Shown: one piece after another, positions 26,475 through 33,708 of the stretch
How positions within the stretch are numbered: position 1 is the stretch's first letter
How the letters are laid out: the number at the start of each line of letters is the position of its first letter
Assembly (NCBI GenBank): GCA_964474635.1
Contig: CAYYTT010000005.1
Coordinates: 1-52,817 of the forward strand
Length of the DNA: 52,817 nt
Source: an uncultured Alphaproteobacteria bacterium
Lineage (GTDB): Bacteria; Pseudomonadota; Alphaproteobacteria; JAJFIK01
Direction of reading: 5' to 3'
Translations under genes and position numbers: made by a program
Notes under the pieces: generated by a model
What the model was told of the DNA's origin: nothing
Seen by the model: only the letters and a program-made list of their open reading frames with translations
Databases searched by the model: none

Positions 26475-29400
26475 ATGACTGAGAGCGTGGAATTGCCGCC
26501 TAAACCGAGGAAAAAAGCCAAATCGATCCTTGTGCCGCCAGATACGGGGGATCCCAACGAGGCCTGGGAGGCCTTTGAACTGGACCTTGAGGACAAGATC
26601 CGTTCAGGGACCGTTTCAGCGAATGATCCCAAGGTGGCGGAGTGCAAGGGTGCAATTCGCGTGCACAAGGAACTGGTGGCCCTTGAGGCTGTCAGCCTGC
26701 AGCGTGTCATGAATCCATCGGATATTTGGACAGGTCCCCCGATCCACATCGACGGTGTGAACCGGACGATTTTCGATGAAGTAATGCGGTATTTTCAGCA
26801 GTGCAAAAAAGGTCTGCCAAAGCATAATGTTGCCCTGCAGGGAAGCCGTGGTACCGGAAAATCCCATCTTTTAGGGTGGTTGAACCGGGAAATCACGAGA
26901 GGCGGAGATCTTTTTGTCCTCGTTGATCTCAATCAAACCGACCAGTTTTGGGAAAGTCTGGTCCAGTCCTATCTCGACGCCCTCAATCGACGCGGTGAAC
27001 ATGGACGGGAACAATATGAAGTGGTGGTTTCGGCGCTGATTGAGCGGCTTGATTTGTCGGCTGGTCATCGTGACGCCATCGCACATGGCCAATTTTTTTC
27101 CGAGATTTTGCAACGTGTCCGAGCCAGCGCGCAGTACCAACTTGGCGTGTCGCCGACGGACCGCAAGACATCGGATGTTGTGATATCCCTCCTTCTGCGG
27201 AATTCTTCCGACGATAACGCCCGCTTCTCCGCGATCTCCCTTCTTCAGGGCATGAGATTCGCACCCAATGAGCTGCGTGATCTTTGTATTCGGTCTACAG
27301 AACTGTCCCCGCGGGATGTTATCCGAGCCCTCCACAGGATCTTCGCGTTTTGTGGGCTTTCCACGATGGTTGCCTTCGATCAGATGGACTGGCTCAACAC
27401 CGGGCCGGGTGTCTCGGACCCTCGCGTGAACCTCCACCGGTTTACGAACGACATGATGGATTTCACGGCCGATTGTGCGCGAAAGGATGCTCTTGCCCTT
27501 GTTGCACTATCTTGTTTGCCGACCACCTGGGATCGATTGGTGCGCCAACTTTTGCCGATGGCGCAGCGATTTTCCTATCAGCCCACGCTCAAGCGGCTTC
27601 CGTCCGCTGAAATCGGAGAGCAATTGATCGCCGCGTATTTGGGCCGCGCTTATGAACGGGTCGGCTTTCAGCCGCCCTATCCAACCTGGCCCATCAAACC
27701 TTCGGCATTTGCATCGTCCACGGATCTCACGGCGCGGCAAATCATCATCGCGACGGATAACAAAATCCGGGACATGCGGCTGAAAGGCGCCGTTAGCGAA
27801 ATTGACGACCTGATGGGCGATCCGCCCGTGCCGCCGCCGCCTGACACGCCCTCGGGAGACTATTCCTCGATCCAACGTCGATTTCAGCGCTATCGTCAGC
27901 AGGTGCAGGTTCCTGAACTTGATAGTGGAGACAAGCTCGATGAGGCCTTGCCGCCACTTCTTTACGCGGGCCTCAAGGCGTTCAGCATCGAAGCGGGCAA
28001 CGCTGAGGACATTAAGGTCGATGAACCGTCGCCTCGCAGTCCCATGCCGCTCCATGCCCGGCTTCGCCGCGTCATTGACCCCGAAACGGAGGTCGACGAG
28101 CATTGGTCCTTCCGGGCGATTGTGGAGGGTCACCCGCGCGCGACACTCACCCGGCTGAACAATGCGATAACCCAGTCGGCCCTCGGTGTGCGCCGGTCGC
28201 TCATCGTGCTGCGCAATGAGGCCTGGCCCGGTGGCAAAAAGAACAATGAGGCCTTCGATGCATTCAAGAACAAGGGCGGGCGCGTGGCGCCGCTTGCTGG
28301 AGATGATTTGAAGACCTTCGCCGCGCTGCGCAAGCTCTTCGCGGAACAACCGTTGGGCCTTGAGGGATGGCTGGTGCAGGAGCGCCCGGCGGGCAAAACG
28401 GGGCTCCTCTCCCAGATTGATCTGAAGGCGGATGCGGTCGATCAGAAAGGCAAGCTCTCCGAAGACAAATCGTCTGGCGGCGACTCGGCCGTTAGTGGCG
28501 AAAAAACCCCCGATAAACGTCCGCCTACCCCCACTCCTGTCCCTGACGTCGACGAGCCCGTCCCCGATGACGCAATTCCCTTGGGGCGGAACATGGCGAC
28601 GGGGCGGCCCGTTTCGGTGAAGCTGGAGATGTTGCGCCGGCATACGGTGATTTTCGCCGGTTCAGGGTCGGGCAAGACGGTGCTCATTCGGCGGATGATC
28701 GAGGAATGTGCCCTCAAAGGCGTATCGGCCATCGTGCTTGACCCTAACAACGATCTTTCGCGCCTCGGTCTGCCCTGGCCGGACGGGGAGGCGCCCACGC
28801 CGTGGAGCGAGGACGACCGGGCCAAGGCCAAGGCCTATCATGAGGGTACGGAGGTTCTCGTCTGGACGCCGCGCGTGAGCCGCGGGCGCCCGCTCAGCTT
28901 CCGCGCCCTGCCGGATTTCACGGCGCTCAAGGACGACAAGGACGCCTTCGACACCGCCATCACCAACACGGTCGAAACCCTGTCGCCGCTCGCCGGGCTG
29001 CCGCCGCGCAACCGCACGCGCACGCTCAATCAGGCCGTCTTCAAGGAGGCCCTCATCGGCTTTGTTGAAGCGGGTGGGACAGAGCTTCAGGATTTCATCG
29101 GTTATCTGACGGGACTGCCGGAGGACGCGTCCCTCATCGCCGATGCTCCCAAACTCGCCGCCGATATGGGCCAGAGCCTGCTCGCCGCGACGGTGATGGA
29201 CCCGCTCCTGAGCGGTGAGGGCGCGCTCGGTGATCCGGGCCCCTTGCTGACCCCAGCCAAGGGCAAAAAAGCGCGCATTTCAGTGATCAGCCTTGTGGGT
29301 CTTCCGACCCAGGAGCAACAGCAGAACTTCGTTGCCCAGCTTCAAATGGATCTGTTTTCCTGGTTCAAGAAAAATCCGGCTAAGGACAAGCCCTTGGGCG

Positions 29401-29810
29401 GTCTGCTGGTCATGGATGAGGCGCAGATTTTCGCCGCCTCCTCCGGCGCCCAGTCGGCCTGTCTGGAAACGACCCTGATGCTGTCGTCCCAGGCGCGTAA
29501 ATTCGGCCTTGGGCTGATCTTCGCCACCCAGGCGCCGCGCGGCCTGCACAACCGCATTCCGGGCAACGCGACGACACAGTTTTACGGTCGCATCACCGTA
29601 CCGGCGCAGATCGAAGCGGCCCGCGACGCGGCCGCCGCCAAGGGCGGCAACGTGGATGATATCGGTCAGCTCACGGTGGGTCAGTATTACGCGGCGAGCG
29701 AAGGCGTCGATCAGCAGAAGATCCGCACACCCATGTGCCTGAGCTATCACCCTCCCACCGCGCTCACCCAGGAAGACATTGTCGATCTGGCGCGGGGCAA
29801 GGGCAGGTGA
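26475..29810 (+). CDS. 1111-aa dual P-loop NTPase: N-terminal AAA/ORC-like or BrxC-like module plus C-terminal HerA/FtsK-type (DUF87-like) ATPase module
   Basis: Walker A #1 is GSRGTGKSH (nt 26841-26867), with hhhhDQ (MVAFDQMD) downstream. A Pro/Ser/Asp-rich linker (..KTPDKRPPTPTPVPDVDEPVPDD..) follows. Walker A #2 is IFAGSGSGKTVLIRRMIEECALKGVSAIVLDPNNDL (GSGSGKT, nt 28659-28679). Walker B is LLVMDEAQIF (nt ~29403-29426), followed by IFATQAPRGL. Confidence 0.8.
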   Translation: MTESVELPPKPRKKAKSILVPPDTGDPNEAWEAFELDLEDKIRSGTVSANDPKVAECKGAIRVHKELVALEAVSLQRVMNPSDIWTGPPIHIDGVNRTIFDEVMRYFQQCKKGLPKHNVALQGSRGTGKSHLLGWLNREITRGGDLFVLVDLNQTDQFWESLVQSYLDALNRRGEHGREQYEVVVSALIERLDLSAGHRDAIAHGQFFSEILQRVRASAQYQLGVSPTDRKTSDVVISLLLRNSSDDNARFSAISLLQGMRFAPNELRDLCIRSTELSPRDVIRALHRIFAFCGLSTMVAFDQMDWLNTGPGVSDPRVNLHRFTNDMMDFTADCARKDALALVALSCLPTTWDRLVRQLLPMAQRFSYQPTLKRLPSAEIGEQLIAAYLGRAYERVGFQPPYPTWPIKPSAFASSTDLTARQIIIATDNKIRDMRLKGAVSEIDDLMGDPPVPPPPDTPSGDYSSIQRRFQRYRQQVQVPELDSGDKLDEALPPLLYAGLKAFSIEAGNAEDIKVDEPSPRSPMPLHARLRRVIDPETEVDEHWSFRAIVEGHPRATLTRLNNAITQSALGVRRSLIVLRNEAWPGGKKNNEAFDAFKNKGGRVAPLAGDDLKTFAALRKLFAEQPLGLEGWLVQERPAGKTGLLSQIDLKADAVDQKGKLSEDKSSGGDSAVSGEKTPDKRPPTPTPVPDVDEPVPDDAIPLGRNMATGRPVSVKLEMLRRHTVIFAGSGSGKTVLIRRMIEECALKGVSAIVLDPNNDLSRLGLPWPDGEAPTPWSEDDRAKAKAYHEGTEVLVWTPRVSRGRPLSFRALPDFTALKDDKDAFDTAITNTVETLSPLAGLPPRNRTRTLNQAVFKEALIGFVEAGGTELQDFIGYLTGLPEDASLIADAPKLAADMGQSLLAATVMDPLLSGEGALGDPGPLLTPAKGKKARISVISLVGLPTQEQQQNFVAQLQMDLFSWFKKNPAKDKPLGGLLVMDEAQIFAASSGAQSACLETTLMLSSQARKFGLGLIFATQAPRGLHNRIPGNATTQFYGRITVPAQIEAARDAAAAKGGNVDDIGQLTVGQYYAASEGVDQQKIRTPMCLSYHPPTALTQEDIVDLARGKGR

Positions 29811-29826
29811 GGGCCGGTTCCCCTCA
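29806..29826. terminator. 7-bp-stem hairpin GTGAGGG-ccggttc-CCCTCAC between convergent genes; each arm contains one gene's stop codon
   Basis: Read directly. TGA of 26475-29810(+) is at 29808-29810, and TGA of the MarR gene(-) is the complement of 29824-29826. There is no U-tract on either side, so terminator function is uncertain. Confidence 0.3.
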
Positions 29827-30348
29827 CAGGCGATAGCGGATCTGATCGGTCCAGAAGCGCTCCAGGCGGCGCAGGGTGACGTTCAGGTCCACGATGGACT
29901 CATCTGAAATGCCGCCCGCCTCGCGGATCGAGGTCATGTGCCGCTGGAACAGGGCCGTGACGAGATCGCGCACCTCGCGCCCGCATACGGTCAGGCTGAT
30001 GCGTACGGAGCGCCGGTCGGTCTCGGAACGCTCATGGCGCAGATAGCCCAGATCCACGAGTTTTTTCAGATTGTAAGAGACGTTCGAGCCCAGATAGTGG
30101 CCCCGCGTGCGCAGCTCGCCGGCCGTCATTTCATTGTCGCCGATATTGAACAGCAACATGGCCTGCACGCTGTTGATGTCGGAGCGGCCAACCCGGTCAA
30201 GCTCGTCCTTGATGACGTCAAGGAGTTGGCGGTGCAGGCGCTCGATCAGGGTCAGGGCCGTCAAATAGGTGCTGAACCGGTCCTGGGGTTCGTCGTTGCC
30301 CCACGGATCCATGGGATCGACCACCCGTGCCATGCCTGCTGCCGCCAT
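29824..30348 (-). CDS. MarR-family transcriptional regulator (LdtR-like, widely conserved in Alphaproteobacteria)
   Basis: The wHTH is ...MTAGELRTRGHYLGSNVSYNLKKLVDLGYLRHERSETDRRSVRISLT..G, with a C-terminus RRLERFWTDQIRYRL. ATG at 30348 has a GGGAGG RBS 8 nt upstream. Confidence 0.8.
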   Translation of the reverse strand: MAAAGMARVVDPMDPWGNDEPQDRFSTYLTALTLIERLHRQLLDVIKDELDRVGRSDINSVQAMLLFNIGDNEMTAGELRTRGHYLGSNVSYNLKKLVDLGYLRHERSETDRRSVRISLTVCGREVRDLVTALFQRHMTSIREAGGISDESIVDLNVTLRRLERFWTDQIRYRL

Positions 30349-30577
30349 ACCCTTGACCTCCCCACGCCAACGCAACCGCCGGCCGTGCCGGCGCAACCCC
30401 AAACCGGGTCCGACCATACGGCTTTGGCGTTAAGCGGGGCTGAATCGGCCCGCTTCGGGCCGCTGTCCCAGCTCGCAGCGCGCATTTGACACCCTGCAGG
30501 CGCACAAAAGCGTGCTCGTTCCCCCAACCACGGAGATTGACAGTCGGGTGTCGGCACGGGCGAAATAAGGGAGCGGG

Positions 30578-32164
30578 ATGAGGGGAGTGAGGGTCGACGT
30601 GGTGGATATTTTCTTAAGCTACCTGCGCCCGGACTGGCAGACAGCCTCCTTGGTGGCCAATGCATTGGAGCGTTCTGGCTACTCGGTGTCTTGGGATTTC
30701 CCGTCCTGGGTGGGTGAGCCCCTGATCGACGCCATCGACCGGGAGCGCGCCCGCGCCCGCTGCGTCGTGGTGCTGTGGTCACGCCACAGCGTGCACTCGG
30801 CTCGTCTTCTTGTTGAAGCCAAGACCGCCCGCAGGGCCGGCACTCTGGTTCAGGCCCGCATCGACCGGCTGGAGGCGCCGGCCGACACCCGCACGCTGCC
30901 CATGGTCGATCTGGTGGGCTGGCGCGGAGAGGACACGGGTCCGGCCATGCGCGCCCTCCAGGGCCTCGTTGCCCGCGCCCTTGAGGAGCCGGGACGTCCC
31001 AGTGCCCTCGGTCTGGGTCTGGCGCCCTGGCGTTTTCCCGCACGGGCCCGCGCGCGCCAGGCGGCGTTGTGCGCCCTGCCATTTCTTGCGTTGCCCGTCG
31101 CCGTGAGTGCCGCCAAGGGCATTACGGAGTACCTCGCGAGCCAAGAAAGTGCCGTGAGCGAGCCGGTGCAAACCGCCCGCGCCGCGCCGCAAGATCGCGA
31201 TCCTGTGTCGACGGCGGATCTGCTCGCCGAGGCTGGCCTGTGCCAGCCTGTAGACGATGAGGCGTCCCTGGATGCCGCCGCCGCGGGCGGTGTCAGATCC
31301 GAGCCTGCGTTGGCCGAAGACGGGCGGTCCACGACAGATCTGCTTTATGCGGCCATGCGCGGGGATGAAGAGGCCCAGTACCGCCTCGCCTTGCGCTATC
31401 TCCAGGGCGAGGGGGTCACGCCGGACGAGCCGCTGGGCCTTGCGTGGCTTGAAAAGGCCGCCGAAGCCGGGCTCGTGCGGGCTCAGATGGAACTTGCCGA
31501 TCTGTACATGGCGGACGAGATTTTGCCCCGCAATATGGAGCGGGCCGTCGGCTGGCTGCGCAAGGCGGCGGAGGCCGGCCACCCGGACGCGCAATACAAT
31601 CTGGCCGTCGTGATCCTGAAGGGCGAGGGCGTGCCGCGCGACGCGGCGCTGGCGCGCCAGTGGTTTGAAAAGGCCGCCGGGCAGGGGCTCGTGGATGCGT
31701 CCTACAATCTGGGTGTGCTCTACGCCAATGGCTGGGGCACCCAGCCCGATCACGCGCGGGCCATCGATTATCTTGAAGTGGCGGCCGAGGCGGGCCGGGC
31801 GGAGGCGGCCTGGGCCCTTGGCCTCTTGCTGCACGATGGTGATGCGTCCGTTCAAGACAAAACGAGGGCCGCCCAATGGTTCAAACGCGCGGCCCAGGCG
31901 AACCATGCCAACGCGCAGTACATTATGAGTATTTTGCACGTGAAGGGCGAAGGGGTGCAGCGGTCCGAGGCCCTCGCCTATCTGTGGCTGGAACTGGCCA
32001 TCGCCGGCGGCGCGGACCAGGACGCCCTACGCCGGGATCTGCTGGCGGCCATGGGCACGGCCCAGGCGCAGGCGGCCCTTGACGCCGTGAAGGCGGCCTC
32101 CCGGTGTCTTGGCCCGTCCCAGTCGGCACCCGAGGGCAACGTTCCGGCCGATCTGCTGTCCTGA
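30578..32164 (+). CDS. TIR domain - transmembrane helix - Sel1-like repeat (SLR) protein
   Basis: The N-terminus VDIFLSYLRPDW....ANALERSGYSVSWDF......PLIDAIDRERARARCVVVLWSRHSVHSARLLVEA....G.LV.ARID matches the TIR_2 pattern. A hydrophobic segment AALCALPFLALPVAVSAA lies at nt ~31070-31125. At least six Sel1 repeats follow (AQYRLALRYLQGEGV..D...GLAWLEKAAEAG...AQ...). An AAGGGAG RBS is present. Confidence 0.75.
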   Translation: MRGVRVDVVDIFLSYLRPDWQTASLVANALERSGYSVSWDFPSWVGEPLIDAIDRERARARCVVVLWSRHSVHSARLLVEAKTARRAGTLVQARIDRLEAPADTRTLPMVDLVGWRGEDTGPAMRALQGLVARALEEPGRPSALGLGLAPWRFPARARARQAALCALPFLALPVAVSAAKGITEYLASQESAVSEPVQTARAAPQDRDPVSTADLLAEAGLCQPVDDEASLDAAAAGGVRSEPALAEDGRSTTDLLYAAMRGDEEAQYRLALRYLQGEGVTPDEPLGLAWLEKAAEAGLVRAQMELADLYMADEILPRNMERAVGWLRKAAEAGHPDAQYNLAVVILKGEGVPRDAALARQWFEKAAGQGLVDASYNLGVLYANGWGTQPDHARAIDYLEVAAEAGRAEAAWALGLLLHDGDASVQDKTRAAQWFKRAAQANHANAQYIMSILHVKGEGVQRSEALAYLWLELAIAGGADQDALRRDLLAAMGTAQAQAALDAVKAASRCLGPSQSAPEGNVPADLLS

Positions 32165-32492
32165 GTGCCCTCAGGCGGTGCTTTCGCATGCCGCGCTGTT
32201 GCCAAAAGGGCTCCACACGCGGCGAACCGGACCGTACGGGCCCCACTTTCACTTCATGACGGGATTGTTAGGTGATAAACCTGGACCTGCGCGACGGTCT
32301 GCGAAAATTTAAGGGGGTCATGCGCGAATCGCGTCGGGGGGTATGATGTGAGTCTACGTCCCGGCGAGTTTCGGTGGCTGTGACCGGGCGGTGGGGGGCT
32401 CGGGTGTGTCGCATCAAGGCGTAAAAAGTAATAGCCCATGGCAGCCGACCGACCGGCGCCGGAGGGGCGCGCGGCCCAGAAGGGATTGGGGC

Positions 32493-33296
32493 ATGGTGAC
32501 CTTGCAAACCGAAATGGAGGCTGAGCTTCCGTCGGTGGCGTATATGGGTTTGCAGTTCAATCCCTTGACGATCGACGCGGCTGTCGAGGCCATCATGGCG
32601 GCCTCCGGTCCCTTTCGCTACGTCACGACGCCCAATGTTCAGCATCTGGTGAATTGGATCGACCATCCGGAGGAGTTTGGCCCGCTTTACAAGGACGCGT
32701 GGATGTCCCTGTGTGACGGCCGTCTGCTTCCGGCACTGGCGCGTCTGTCCGGGCTGCGCGTGCCCAGCGCCTCCGGCTCCGATCTCACCGAACGCCTCAT
32801 TCCGATCATGGCGCGGGAGCGCATCCCCATCACCATTATCGGTCCAGGGCCCTCCGATATCGCCACATTGAAGGCGCGCTACCCGGGACTGATCGTCAAC
32901 AGCTACAGCCCGCCCTTCGGCTTCATGGAACGCACCGAGGAAGTCCAGGCCTGCCTCGATTTCATTTTGAACCACCCCGCGCGCTTTGTATTTCTGGCGG
33001 TGGGAACACCGCGCCAGGAACTCCTTGCGCGCCGCCTCCTGAAGGATGGCCGCGCGACCGGCGTGGGGCTGTGTATCGGGGCGTCCATTGATTTCCTGGT
33101 GGGCCGGCAGATCCGCGCGCCTCGCTGGATGCAAGTGGCCTACCTCGAATGGTTTCACCGCATGATGCAGGATCCCCATCGACTGGCAGGCCGGTATCTC
33201 ATCCACAATCCGCGCATCTTCCTGCATATCTGGCGCTTTGAGCGCAGCCGCCGGCGAGAGCAAGTGGCGGCGCGCAAATCGCCAACGTCACGCTGA
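32493..33296 (+). CDS. WecB/TagA/CpsF-family (GT26) glycosyltransferase
   Basis: ...YVTTPNVQHLV......LCDGRLL..LARL.G......SGSDL........ITIIGPGP..........YSPPFGF........I......VFLAVGTPRQE......GVGLCIGASIDFLVG...RAP.WMQ...LEWFHRMMQDP.RL..RY matches the family pattern. ATG at 32493 follows AAGGGA. Confidence 0.8.
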   Translation: MVTLQTEMEAELPSVAYMGLQFNPLTIDAAVEAIMAASGPFRYVTTPNVQHLVNWIDHPEEFGPLYKDAWMSLCDGRLLPALARLSGLRVPSASGSDLTERLIPIMARERIPITIIGPGPSDIATLKARYPGLIVNSYSPPFGFMERTEEVQACLDFILNHPARFVFLAVGTPRQELLARRLLKDGRATGVGLCIGASIDFLVGRQIRAPRWMQVAYLEWFHRMMQDPHRLAGRYLIHNPRIFLHIWRFERSRRREQVAARKSPTSR

Positions 33297-33708
33297 TCTT
33301 CCGAGTATCATTCCGATGCGATCCGCCGGGCCTGTGCCCTGAAAGGTCAGGCAAAATTGGCGCCTGCACTGACCGGTTCGGTCCGAAGGGGCGGTGCTCA
33401 GCTTTGCCGGGATAGACCGAGCGGTCTTGCAACGGTGTTAAGGAGCGGTTATCCGCAATGCGATAAGTGATGGGTATTGTCCTGGGGCCGGCCTGCGGCA
33501 CCAAGCGGAGCCCTGCCCGGGTGTCCCCCGGGTGATCGATGTCCGAACCGGGAGCTGGCCGTCCCACAGCCCGCGGATGACGACATGACCCATGTGCGGC
33601 AGGGGCCGAGGTGCCAAGTTTGCCCGCCGAACGCCTGGGTCATTGCATGAGTAAGGTGGGGCGGCGGTCGCAGTCGGCTGACCGGTGTTCCAAAGGGTCT
33701 GACATTCC

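Noticed and set aside
26475-29810. The dual-ATPase gene considered as BREX BrxC/PglY, or the operon as a BREX, DISARM, Dnd or Septu variant.
   Set aside because: No PglX/PglZ, methyltransferase, DrmA/B, DndB-H or HNH partner genes are present. The resemblance is limited to a GxxGxGKSH P-loop, and the C-terminal HerA-type module is not part of BrxC as I know it. A distant relationship cannot be excluded without profile searches.
30578-32164. The TIR gene considered as a Thoeris (ThsB) component.
   Set aside because: There is no adjacent ThsA-type SIR2/SLOG or Macro effector. The protein has its own TM and Sel1 array, an architecture not typical of ThsB.
33297-33708. The 410-nt leader upstream of the Wzc-like gene considered as a c-di-GMP (GEMM) riboswitch controlling EPS genes.
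   Set aside because: I could not see the conserved GEMM-I/II core motifs. This is left unannotated pending a covariance-model search.
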